Source of the DNA: Tubulanus polymorphus
Taxonomy: Eukaryota; Animalia; Nemertea
Direction: 5' to 3'
Length of the DNA stretch: 64,000 nt
NCBI RefSeq assembly: GCF_964204645.1
Contig: NC_134026.1
Coordinates: 31,644,250-31,708,249, forward strand
Shown: piece by piece, positions 42,744 to 58,721 of the stretch
Layout of the letters: each line of letters begins with the position of its first letter
Position numbering within the stretch: position 1 is the stretch's first letter
Position numbers and translations under genes: made by a program
The notes under the pieces: generated by a model
The model's input: the letters and a program-made list of their open reading frames with translations, nothing else
Told to the model about the DNA's origin: nothing
Databases searched by the model: none

Positions 42744-43659
42744 AAGTGGTATGAATGAAGACATAATTCTAGAACTACTTATCTTATCTCTTCTGTGATT
42801 CATTCAGCTGCTTCTGCGCTGCTCCTATGATACTCCTGCTGCTCCTACGATACTCCTGCTGCTCCTACGATACTCCTGCTGCTCCTACGATACTCCTGCT
42901 GCTCCTACAGCGTTGCTCTTGACTCAATCTTATTTCATACCACAGTAAACAGGAATTGTGCCTGAAATAAAGAATATTAGATTTCAATGTGGTATCTGTT
43001 GATTGTAGACTATTCACAGATATCAGTTACACGATTGATCGAAAGAGAGACAAACCTTTTCTAAAAGATGATTAATAGATCTCAACCTGGTTACAGTCAG
43101 TGACGGGAGGGGGGTTGTTCATATTGTTGTTTTTAACTGATTCGAACCCGTTGAAGAAGGATCGATTGATGAAATCTGTTGTTTGTATCTGTAACAATAA
43201 GAAAAGGAGGTCACTGTAATTATTACTAGTAATATTCACCACAACAATATAATCTGTAAACAGTTATAACAATGTTTTAGTTTATTCATCACAACTGGCG
43301 GCTGTAAACTTCTCGCTCCCAACAACAATGTCACTAAAAAAGCAGGTTCATTCGCATAGTAAGTAGTTTTCACCAACTACTAGGGTCACATGTAACTAAT
43401 TCAACAGTTTGTTCTAAGTGTGTTTGAATAATTGTAGGATAACTGGGATAATTTCTCCCAGGCGGGCGCTGCGCTGCGGCTCACCGGACCGTGACGACAC
43501 ACGTGACCTACTTCAAAAACGACTTAGAATATAGTTTGGCGGCGGGTCTCAGGTCAGTTTTATAGACGGTGTTTATCGCCTGCATCTCCGGGGTTTATAC
43601 CGAACTGTTAACGTAAGACATAGATATAATTCAAGGATAAAAACTGGAAAAATTCCAAG

Positions 43660-43710
43660 ACTTACCAAATTTCAATATGGCGGGTCACGACTCCACACCG
43701 GAAGTGAGGA
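43660..43710. promoter_or_regulatory. Promoter-like site (YY1-type and ETS-type motifs)
   Basis: caatatggcgg and ccggaagtg in a CpG-richer patch. The same AANATGGCG motif lies at the 5' ends of MRPL35 (35097), SERBP1 (52302) and PRELID1 (56424). Confidence 0.5.
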
Positions 43711-43965
43711 CTCGCGGATTCTCCATGCAATGCGCTGTTACAAGTTAAGATCATTTGCTGAGCTACAGATTTATTTTTGTATTCAATCTGATTTATTTAG
43801 TGTAAGAATTACATGATCAAGCTTAAAACTGACCAGTGTAATCAGGCACGTGGCTGCCGGAGCTTTCCGGCTATCACCAATGGTTTTACTCGCTTCCCTG
43901 TGTACACTCAGCATCCTCTGCAGGTTGGTTTTATTTTGGAGCCACCTCACGCTGGCCTAATTGTT

Positions 43966-44113
43966 AACCGTCAAGTGCTGCCCCTATATTAATCGTAGAC
44001 GGCAAATGTATGAACTAACTTTTTACTCACATGCCGCAGTAGGAATATTGTATCATATTGTTAGTTCGTATATTTACCGCTAATGATAAATATAGAAGCA
44101 GCACTAGACGGTT
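43966..44113. mobile_element. Probable MITE
   Basis: aaccgtcaagtgctgcccctatatt ... aatatagaagcagcactagacggtt; a further end copy at ~44897-44919. Confidence 0.6.
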
Positions 44114-44366
44114 GTAAACGTTGGGACCCAAATATGGTGATAGTAATAATGGTACCAATAATTCATTGGCTATTGAGCATTATCAATTAGCTTGAGTCCA
44201 GTGGGTAAACTGCATCTCAATCGAGGCTAAAATGTCTATCCGGTAACGTTTCGACCTCGCGCCTGAATATCCAGTCTGTACTCCGAAGATGACAATACGC
44301 TCTCTGTTGGGTCTTGAAGCCATGATCCGTTAAGCCTCGGACACGGGACTCGTGCAATTGGTCGAT

Positions 44367-44825
44367 CCAGAGAGGTCCTGATGCTGAATAGGAAGTCCTG
44401 TCCCGGGTTCGAATCCAATAATTATTGATACTGATTCAGAGTGGCCGGTCCTCGTGGTGGTGAGTGCTGAATAGAGGCTGATAGGCCGCGGGGCCGGTCG
44501 GGATCGAAATCCAGTAATTACTGATACTGATTCAGAGTGGTCCTGATGAATAGAGGATCGTACAGGGGTGTGTCCCGGGTTCGAACCCAGTAATTACTGA
44601 TACTAGTGATTCCAAGAGTGGTTCTGATGCTGAATGGAGGATTTACAGGGGTGTCTCGGGTTCGAATCCAGTAATTACTGATACTGGTTCGGAGTGGTCC
44701 TGATGCTGGATAGAGGCCGTTTCCCGGGTTCGATCCAGTAATTACTGACACTGCTTCAGAGTTGTCCTGATGCTGAATAGAGGATGTACAGGGTTCGAAT
44801 CTAGTAATTACTGATACTCAGAGTT
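44367..44825 (+). repeat. Second, more diverged array of the tRNA-like satellite (~6 units)
   Basis: cagagtggtcctgatgctgaatagagg...cccgggttcgaatccagtaattactgatactgatt. Confidence 0.85.
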
Positions 44826-45330
44826 GCCCTGGTGTGTCAGCAGACTCTGGCAGGTGAGTAATAAGTTAGTTTACGTTTTTTCCGCCAACGTTATACATAG
44901 CGGCAGCACTTGACGGTTTGGATCTTTGTGCGAAAACACAGACGCGGTTAGAAAGCGATTCTGACAAGGTCGTCGACTAAATAACATTCAATCCAATCTA
45001 ATTTTATTTAAGGTATTAATGATGGTTATATATGTATATTTGTGCTATGAACGATGAACCTCAGATTCTTATATTGCTAACTTTCGCAAGTGTTCCACAG
45101 TCTATCAAATATACGTCACTGATGTATTTCTTTGTATGTGGAGGAATCGATTGGTGAAGTCAGTTTTTAGATCTCAGACTCAAAAACAGAAAAATAATGT
45201 CATTTTTTGAGTCGTGCGATCGTAAGATAGTTTAAGATATCACATTGGGTCTATCTATATATATATATATATAATCTAATAGTTACAGTTTTTTCTAGGT
45301 AAAAACGTTGTTACATTTTTCGGCTGCGAA

Positions 45331-45781
45331 ATGAAATCTGCGGAAGACAATAATAAGCAACCGAAGAGAACAGGATTTTGGAAGAATTTAACAGAGATAA
45401 GTGAACCTGGATTCAAGAAAGCTGATGCCACATCTGTTTTTAAAGCAGTTAATTTTGAGCTATATACAACACCAGTAAGTAGAAGGCGCTTTAGTAACTG
45501 ACCAATAAATTATGGGCGAACAGCACTTATTCAACTATTTTCGAATGTAGCTCCGGTGACAGAACTGGAGAGTAGCTGGCCGTCTGATATATGAATAATT
45601 GATTATTTTACAGAATAAAGTAATGGTAGTTGTAGGATTATTAGCTATAGGAGGCTGTAGTGGATATATAGCCTATATGAACTATAAAGCACGACAGGAG
45701 GCTGGCGGTCGACAGATTTACAACGCTATCAATCCAGATGGATCTTACTCAACAATGATCAGACAATCTAAATGGGATTAA
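45331..45781 (+). CDS. SMIM8: Small integral membrane protein 8, 2 coding exons
   Basis: ...EPGFKKADATSVFKAVNFELYTTP / NKVMVVVGLLAIGGCSGYIAYMN...IYNAINPDGSYSTMIRQSKWD; resembles SMIM8 (TTLFRAVNPELF..., C-terminal SKWD). Confidence 0.88.
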
Positions 45782-47349
45782 ATAGTTTGATTTACTGCGA
45801 TCAGGTGTGGAATCCCGAGTGGATCATCCACTTTGTATAATAGATTTAAATAAAGATGTTTTTATGGGAAATGATGAATTAGTTGTCAATAATCCGAGGT
45901 AATTTAGGGCCGGTTTTGGTCTCTACCGATTCCAGGTATTCTCATCTGCCATGTTACTTTGGACCAGTTTACGCTCCGATAAAGAAGCAACTGGTAGAGA
46001 TTCTAATCTTCCAAACACCAGCAACTAGAGATAATTGGTATCCATCAGTGATAGGTAGAATCCGCCATCGTGCGAGAATGCCAAGAATGGAATGATCCAA
46101 CAAGTGAGATCCTCTTCTGTAAGTACAAACGAGTGGGTACGAATCCTCTGACATCCTGTCCTAGGGTTAAACGGACGATCCACTCTCGAGAAATTGAGAT
46201 CCAAATGACATAAAACAAAGACAAGTGAATTTATGTTATACCTTAAGATGGCATGAAGTTTGGATTTTAATTTTTCATTTTTTTCTAGTTAGTAACAAAT
46301 TGTATATCACACAGTGAAACCATTGAATATTGAAAGAGAACTCCTGATATTAGTCAATTATTATTAAACGGAGCAGTTTTTATAAATTGTACAAACATTT
46401 GTGTTCGTCAAATGTTTGACGTCCTTCGTCTCATAAATAATATAAAAAAATAAAACACCCTTAAATGCCTTATTATGAAATTTACATTCAAAAATGTTCC
46501 GTTTTTCAAATGCGCGCGCAGAAATCTTCAAAATTGGAATTGTACTAGAATGAGGTCAATGTCAAAGCGTTGAAAAAGAAAATACTGCGATACGTTAGGG
46601 TTGCTCCATACAGACGGACTAGAGCCAGGAGAGGAGGGCTCCTAATGATACACATGCTAAACAGTTTGACAATGATCTATGTACATAAATTCAAAACCTA
46701 CCAAATAATAGTTTATATATCGGAGCAAAAACTGTACAGAAAGTTGGGAACAACGCACACACCGCCAGGTGGCGCTTAAATCGATGACTATTTTTGTTTG
46801 TTCGGAGACTGCAACACGTGCTGCCCTCTATTTAGATAGCGAATGAAATATCCATCACCTCGGGATGTTAAACCAATAATTAACTGAACGAATATCAATA
46901 TCTCGATAGAATGAAAACAATAGTTGATATTAGTTCAGTTAATAAAGCACATTATATTACACACAGAGCACAGACAGGTTAAACAGCACACACGCGGCTC
47001 AGCGAGATATCAATTTGATTATTTTGAATGTTCTATTTACAGTTTATATCAACTGTATCCTCGCTGTATTACTCTATACCCGCGGAGCGACGACGGAGTG
47101 CTCCAGCGGAGTGCTCCGATCACTCTCCAGGGCGGAGTCCTCCAATAAATTTCAATGTCATTAAAAATCGCTTCACATTTTTGTCGAGTTATTTTTTGTC
47201 AAAACCAGCCGTTTATAATATTTCATGTTCATCGGTATTTTATATTTATTTATCAAACTTCGCGCGGTAACAATCTCCATGACGACAGTTTATTGATCGA
47301 TGTTGTATTGTTACCGACGAGGGAATTCTGCAGGGGGAATCCCGGTCGT

Positions 47350-50300
47350 TCACGACGACGTGATACTCGGGAATTCCAACGGATCATCCACTTTAGGAAC
47401 TATTTCTTTCCTGCCGGAACGCGGAGGCCCGCTACCGCCTCGACCACCTCCACGGTGACCTCCGCGATCGTTACCTCCTCCTCCTCCTCCACGACCTCCG
47501 CGGTCGCCACCTCCGGCTCCACCCCGACCTCGACCACGTCCACCACGACCTCTACCTCCTCCAGCACCGCCACGACGCGGGTTATCGCTGAATGTGATTT
47601 CGATGTTCAGTAATTGTTTCTGCGGTCGGTCGGATTCCTGAAAATAATACAGTACAATGATGTCATAGGGGGATCTCTCCATCAGACTTCAACTCGATAT
47701 CTCAAATCATAAGACTACAATTCGATATCTCAATCAAAAGACTACAACTCAATATCTCAATCAAAGGCTACAACTCAATATCTCAAATCAAAAGACTGCA
47801 ACTCGATATCTCAATCAACAGACTATAACTCGATATCTCAAATCAACAGACTACAACTCGCTATCTCAAATCAAAAGACTGCAACTTGATATCTCAAATC
47901 AACAGACTACAACTCGATATCTCAAATCAACAGACTACAACTTGCTATCTCAAATCAAAAGACTACAACTCGATATCTCAAATCAACAGGCTACAACTCG
48001 ATATCTCAAATCAAAAGACTACAACTCGATATCTCAAATCAACAGGCTACAACTCGATATCTCAAATCAAAAGACTACAACTCGATATCTCAAATCAACA
48101 GGCTACAACTCGATATCTCAAATCAACAGGCTACAACTCGATATACTACAACTCGATATCTCAAATCAACAGACTTCAACTCGATATCTCAAATCAACAG
48201 ACTTCAACTCAATATCTCAAATCGTATGAGTTTTCAGTTAATTTGAGAATAATTTCCTCAAGAATCAATTATTCTGATTTTGATAGTATTTCAGTTATTA
48301 ATTGGGCTAATTAAAGTTTTACCTCATCGGAATCTTCCTCTTCTTCGCTGTCAGAATTGACCGGTTTCTTCTTTAGGACGTACGTGTTCTTCCATTGTTT
48401 CATGTCACATCCTTCGTTCGGTCGACGGATGTTAAACTCATCCGGTTTCTTTGACGTAGCTTGCATCGCTTTATACTCATCTAACGTCATCTCTTTAGGT
48501 CCTTCCTCTTCTTTCTCTTCCTTTTCCTCATTTCCTTCACCTCCTTCGCTGCTGTAATTTATCAATTATCATTTCTAAATAGTTATAATTTTACTTAAAC
48601 GAAATACAGTAAACCTAGCAGCCGAACTCGGGCGAGAGTTGAATTTTCTAAAATTCAGTCGCAATGGGATACCGGCGAGGCTATTGTGGGAAGCGAGCAT
48701 TCAGCGATAATCCACCAGGTGTCGCTAGTGGCACTGGGTTACCGCGCTTCAATTTCTTCTACATTTCAATAAACTTCGAGTCAAATTTTCTGGTGAAGTA
48801 AATCAATTTTCAGTGAAATCAATACCACACACTGCGTGAGAAAGGAAATCTTTTCAATATCTATTCAATGATTCCTTTGATAATTTCGGGATTTGGAAGC
48901 CTAAAAATAATGTTCAAATTTCATTAAAATGAACTGATTTTCACAACGAGTAACCCGGTGTTGCCTGGTGTTGCCGGTATCCCATTGTCACAGTCCTAAG
49001 GAATCCTTACAATTGGCTTGAATTCAATTTTCCAAAACACAGGAGTCAAGAGCGCAATAAGTAAACAATAATTGGTATGAGTTTGCCCCGAGTTAGGGGG
49101 GAGGAGGGGAGGCTTGGTCTATTACAACACGGAGATGAGAAATAAATCTAAACACATTTCATTCGCATTCGAAGCAAGAGAGAAAAACAATAATCACAGA
49201 ATTATTAAAATACATTCAATCTACACATGCATTGTAGAACTTATATCAGTGATTAAACCTGGATTAATTTATACTGATCTGCAGCTTACGAAGGTGTGAA
49301 GCCAACAAAAGCAGTTCTAGAGATGAATAAAACCAGGATTCATACAGATCAGAGAATCGCAAAATTCCCTGATATTTACGGACCGACCTTTGACCAAAAA
49401 TTCCCTTATCAAATAATGAGATATCTAAGTGGGGGCTGTTAATTATCAAGAGGTTCCTCGTGCCACTCGCCACCAGTAATAACAACAAGACACCAAAAAT
49501 ACCGGAGTTTCCGACCTCAGATATCTAACTAGGAGATGCATTAAATTCCCTGATCTGTAAGAAACCTGTTAAACTTACGTTGGTTTAACAACCGCCGAGG
49601 AAAGTGATTGAGGTTGCTTTGTTTTCTCACTGAATAATTTTCATTTGAAAACTATTACAATTCACTTTAACTTCAACACGATGAAAGCATTTAAACGAAT
49701 GGAGAAAACTAAAACTCACTTAGGATCCTGATTCTCTGTGTCTTCAGCAACTCCGAACGTTGTAGGGTTCCATTCCGATGTATTTCCGGCCTCCTCAGAA
49801 ACATTACTCTCATTCATCTGAGCCCTGAAATCCATGCTGAATAATAAATAAAATATTTCTGGTGCAAGAAAAAAACAACGTCAATTGAATACGCAACTAT
49901 CGCATATATTGCCATTGTTTTATCATGGTGAATAGAAGGTGAAATTAAATACTTACTCGACATCGTCCTGGACAGTACCCCAATTATGAGGACCTTTTCC
50001 ATCTCTCTTTTCAACTGGTTTTACTCCTCTACAAATAAATAAATAATTCATCATCATTAGAGATCGGTAGACACTGCAGAACATGAATAAATAACTGAAT
50101 CCCTAGTACTACAACTAGTATTGGGACTGTTGTTTCAGTAGTATTTCATAGAGTTGAGAATCATGGAACTCAATATAGTGTTGGCACTGTAAAACTATTG
50201 CATCAAATATCAGAGTTGAATATCATTGAAAGTATCGAACTACTGATTTAAGCAATTTAATATCAAGTTGACCAATTGAAACAAGTCTATTTATTGTACT

Positions 50301-52227
50301 AATTTAGACAACAAGCAATTAAATAAATAGAACATAAATAACTTGAGGAGATGTGATTGTTACAATATATATAACTGAGAAGCATCAGCAGATCTACAGG
50401 GTTCCTACAGTTCAGATGTTCCTGATAATCACTGATCTGTAGGAACCCTGTATAAACATGCACTAATATCTCACAAAGAGAAAAATAAAACATCTTAGAA
50501 ATGAATTCATGAATGTTTTTGAATATAATATATAAAATGTCGGCTTTGTTGGACATAATAAAACAATCACCGAGTCTCAAATTTCCCTTCCCTGCTGCCT
50601 CAAACTTCAAACTCTGTCAGAAAATTAACGACAGAACTTTCTCAAGATTTCGACAAGTTCAACAAAGCCTTTCTTCGCGAAAAATAGCTCGAATTTAAAT
50701 GAAATGGATTTTATGAAGAGTAAAATAAATATATTTCGTTTCGGAACCAAAAACCATCGAGATACAAAACCAAAATGAAAGACGGTTCTGGCGCCCGTTC
50801 AGTCTACACAAAGCTTTAAAGGTGAAAGGTCTATAGCGAATAAAGGTTGATTAATAGATCATACCTTGAAGCGGCAGGCAGGGATTGAGAGAAAGTATCC
50901 CAGTGATTTCTGAATTATCAATAAAATTTACATAATTCACACGCACACACAATTTACATATTCAAATTGAGATTATTGTTGTAACAGAAGTGTTGTCATT
51001 AGTAACACCTGTGGCAGACTGCAGGTACGCGGAGAGATGAGAAGTTTATTTTCTAACATTACTGGTTTCAATGATTTAAATCCTAAGTTGAAACTTTATC
51101 TGATTTCATATGAATCGGGCATTATTTGTTTAATGCAACTCAAACTAAACCTATAAACACTTTCATTTATTCGCTGGGCCAATCAGCAGTCGGGGCAGCT
51201 TAGATCTATGACCACTTTAAGAAAATCTTAGTTATATCGCAGACTTAACAACTAAAGACCAGTCTTAGACTTAGTTTTATGTCTTAAGACTCTTGAGACA
51301 TAAAATTTCTAAAACCGGCTGGTCTTAGTTAAGTAACTGTACGACCCTGCGCACAACTAAAAGGACCAGGATTTAAACCCTGTACCGGCCTGGAGAATTC
51401 ATCCAATCAGCATCAACGTACTAAACCGAATCGACGAATCATAACTTACGTTTTATCACTTCCACTTCGTCTCTCGTATTCACGACCTCGGCCGGCTCCA
51501 CCACCGCGACCTCCACGACCTCTACCTCTACCGCGACCTCGACCAGCGGCATCAGATCGATCGAATCCTCCTCGTGAATCTGAACGATCTGAGGAGAATC
51601 CTCGTCCAGAACTACAAAATACAATATCAATCCATGAGTCACGTTTAACCGACCACTGCGCCGGTAAGCGCCCCCTACTGGTCGTAAGAGGTAATGATTC
51701 TTACCTGAATTCGTTGGCGGGTGTGAAATTATTTCTCCTCTCGCGACGGTCTTCAAAATCTTTACCGCCAGCGCCATCTCGTGAGAATTTCACATGGTTT
51801 TTATCCGAAGTGGCGCCACTGCTGCGGTCGTCACGTTTCTGCTGCTGTTGGTTAGCGATACGAGGAGGGCGATTATCTAGAAATATAAAATATGGTGAAC
51901 CATGTGTTTGATGACACACAGACAGACAGCATGGCAGACAGTGTCCCTCCCTCTCAACCCCAGCCACAATTAATTACCGTCTTTACGGGCAGGTGCCGAC
52001 GTTTCAACCGATTTTCCCTTTTGTTCCTGTTGCACGGCTTGCGCTTTCTTATTTTTGTTAGATTTCGCAGCCTTCGTCAGTTGCTTTTCCTTGGCTTTTT
52101 TAGCTTCCTCTTTCATGCGCACTTGTTCTTCCTCCTTCTTTTTGAGAATCTCATACGGATCATCGTCATCGTCGAACATCGAGATGTCGAACTTATTACT
52201 CTTAACCGGCACTCCGTACGATTCCAT
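47350..52227 (-). CDS. SERBP1: SERBP1/HABP4 family RNA-binding protein (vig homolog), multi-exon
   Basis: [27 protein letters not shown] boxes, [46 protein letters not shown]...[36 protein letters not shown]. Confidence 0.94.
47685..48222. repeat. ~29-bp intronic minisatellite
   Basis: (ctcgatatctcaaatcaacagactacaa)n. Confidence 0.9.
50394..50452. mobile_element. Minimal TIR-only element; degenerate longer relative at ~49331-49570
   Basis: tacagggttcctacag ... ctgtaggaaccctgta perfect 16-bp inverted repeat with TA ends. Confidence 0.55.
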
Positions 52228-52713
52228 TTTTACCTCTGTTTTAGAGGATGACTATAGATTTATCATGGATTAAAATTTCAGGCTTTCCACCCTGCAGAAT
52301 TCAATATGGCGTGAACTCGATCGCGCTGTGCATGCTGGGTCATGCTCTCGCATGATGTCATGGCCCATATTTAGACATTTATTTAATCGGGTTGAATTCA
52401 GCATTATTCGCCAATAAACTAATGTCGATTGATTATCTATATCTAAATTGGTAAATGTTTTGAATCGATAGAAAAATATTCAGTAAAAATAACTCCCATC
52501 ATGCGTAGCGGTGATGACGTCACGGGATCCCCACATATACTTGACAACAGTTACTAATGGTTAACAGCAATGGATAAATTACCTAAAAATCCTCCGATTA
52601 GAAAATCGACATTAAAAACAGAAACAATTAAAAAATAACAAAACTCAAAATCTCTATTTTCACATTTTATAACAGGATATTTATTTTTTCGGATGATTTT
52701 ATACAGATTAATG

Positions 52714-55977
<3,264 letters not shown>

Positions 55978-56318
55978 CTAAAACAAAAATCACCACAAAC
56001 CTGAATCAATCAATAAAATGCATTTGATTTTTAGTTTATTTCGACACTGACAGGGCTCTGTGAGGGATCTTATTGCCTCCTCTTCAGTTGACAGACGAAC
56101 AGAGATAGAGATTCCTGCCGTGAAATATTTATACAATCATAATCACAATATGGAGAGTAATTTATAACTAGATTTCACACTCACAGCTGTTAAAATTCCT
56201 TATTTACGACGCTCTATTTTTGTAGACGACTTCCCCGAATGACGTCATTTAACCCTAAAATGGCAGGTGCTCGGGATTCCGGTCGGCGGGATCAACGGTT
56301 AGCGGATTGGGATTCCTG

Positions 56319-56376
56319 GCTAGGGTTAGGGTTACGGAATTAGGGTTAGGGTTACGGACTAGGGTTAGGGTTACGG
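56319..56376. repeat. Interstitial telomere-like TTAGGG repeats
   Basis: ctagggttagggttacggaattagggttagggttacggactagggttagggttacgg. Confidence 0.75.
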
Positions 56377-56932
56377 CGTTTGCAGCGGCCCTACTGTCTA
56401 TCGGTATTTGCAACTGCCCTTCGCAACATGGCGTCTCTTTCGACGCAGAACTATGAAAGACTGGCAAAAAAATATCGAATGATTTAAGAGATTTGTGACG
56501 AGTGTCAATTTAAAGTAGTGAGTATGATTACAGGTTGATAAATACTTTATCCGCCCAGCTAACTTACAACACTTATTCAGTTGTTGATCTAGATATATTC
56601 GTCAATCGATATTCAATGACAATAATCACAATCCAATAATGTTTTAATTTAATTTGATCTTCATCTGCCATTCCGTCCATTCAATCATTCATACGCTGCT
56701 GCCTTGTACCTGGCCGCCCTAGTGTGGTCGAATCCCATGGATGGAGCTGGAGGAGGCCGAGGTCGATGAGTTACCTATTTTAACCTAGGCTGAGAATTGG
56801 GGTATTTTGTCCTCCATCCCGTGCTAGATTTATTTAATTGTTGTTTGTGTGATCCATCGATAACAACAATATTTGGTTTTCCTGCTTGTTGGTTTAATAT
56901 CATATTTATTTCAGTTGGGTGTATTTAGCAAG

Positions 56933-58203
56933 ATGTCAGGACGAGGAGGAGCCGGAGTAGGAGCAGGAGTAGGAGTAGGAGCAGCAGCCGGAGTAGGAAC
57001 AGCAGCCGAAGTAGGAACAGCAGCCGGAGTAGGAACAGCAGCCGGAGCAGGAACTGGTCGATATACAAAGATTGAGTCATTTTTCCAATTCAACTGGGAC
57101 CAAGTAGCAAACGCATTTTGGCAAAGATATCCAAATCCGCACAGGTTAGTTGTCAGCTGAGTGGGAGGGGGGAGGAGGCAGGGTGAGAGGGGGCACTAAG
57201 GAGGAGTGGGGCAGAGATGCCCGAGGGGCAGAGATGCCCGATTGAAATATAATAAGATGTTGTGCTCTTAATTTCAGTAATCATGTTTTATCAGAAGATG
57301 TAATTTCTCGAGAAATTAAAGATGATGGTAAACTGTACAGTAAACGTCTGCTAACGAAAACAAACAGTTTACCAAAATGGGGAGAGAGATTTTTACCGAC
57401 TAGCGCCACCAAGAATGTTTGTATTGTTGAGGAATCAATTGTTGATCCAGACGCGAAAATCATTACAACTTATACAAGAAATATTGGATTAACTAAAATA
57501 ATGGTAGTTAATATTCTTAGACTCAGTTCCACAGTTCTGAATCCAGTTCCACAGTTCTGAACCCAGTTCCACAGTTACTGGACTCAGTTCCACAGTTCTG
57601 AACCCAGTTCCACAGTTCTGAACCCAGTTCCACAGTTTCTGAACCCAGTTCCACAGTTCTGAACCCAGTTCCACAGTTCTGAACCCAGTTCCACAGTTCT
57701 GAACCCAGTTCCACAGTTCTGAACCCAGTTCCACAGTTCTGAACCCAGTTCCACAGTTCTGAACCCAGTTCCACAGTTCTGAACCTAGTTCTGCTGCTTT
57801 GAATGAATATGTTTTGAGTTGTTTTTGTTTGTTTTTTCAGACAATTGTAGAGAAAGTAGTTTATGAAGTGAATACAGAAAACACATTGTCGACAGTTTGT
57901 AAACGCGAGGCGTGGGTGAAATCTGATATCTACGGATTTTCCCGAGCGATTCAAGCTTTTTCCATCGAGCGATTTAAGAAAAACGTTCACAAAACTCTCC
58001 GCGGTTACAACTACATTCTCGAAAAACTGTATCGACCTGAACCGCAGGTCGCCGTGACGACGGAGACGGCGGCCGGGGCGTTGAGATCGACGGCGATGAA
58101 AGCGCAGAATACGGCGAAAAAAGCGACGGAAATCGCTAAAGCAAAAGCTCAAGCCGGGCAGAATAAAGTGGCGGCTAGTTTAACTACCGGTCAGACTCAT
58201 TAA
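56933..58203 (+). CDS. PRELID1: PRELI domain-containing protein 1 (mitochondrial lipid transfer), 3 coding exons
   Basis: [20 protein letters not shown] / [38 protein letters not shown]...EESIVDP...TTYTRNIG / [44 protein letters not shown]. Confidence 0.92.
57523..57788. repeat. 20-bp minisatellite, same family as 19218-19505
   Basis: (cccagttccacagttctgaa)n. Confidence 0.9.
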
Positions 58204-58721
58204 TACGTTATCAACGAAATCAGCATTTTATAAAATATCGAGATCTCGCGTTAACATCGACAATGAAACATTCCTACAATTAGTGAGGATGGCCCCCTGG
58301 TGACGGTTCATGGCTTTATTCATCGGTATCATTATTATTTACATCTTTATAAAACTGCCAAATACAAGTCATAATTAATACTCTACTGATTCAATAAACT
58401 CATGATTTAAAGTTGTATTGACGAACGCCGAGGTTTAACGGTTCAATTGTAAATATATCCTCAAGAGAATGATTTAATATATATTGATTTGATGGGGTTT
58501 TCCAGGATATATATATATATATGTGTGCATCACAGGGATATAGGTTATAAATGAAAGTTTAGTTAGGGGGTAACAGGGATTAGTAATATTCATTACTGTG
58601 CCATGTAATAATGACGATTTAATGTCGAAATAAAACCTTTACAAAAATAGAAAAACAATTGTCTTATTAATTATAGCTCTTTATTTTACATAGTTTCACA
58701 GACTAATGCTGCCCCCTATTG

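Noticed and set aside
50380-50455. Pre-miRNA (minus strand has ACCCTGTAGATC, like miR-10)
   Set aside because: The match covers only 12 nt and extends outside the stem; the hairpin is better explained as TA-flanked TIRs with a relative at 49331-49570.
48560-51440. Intronic snoRNAs in SERBP1
   Set aside because: No convincing box C/D pair with terminal stem or H/ACA structure found by eye; needs a snoRNA scan.
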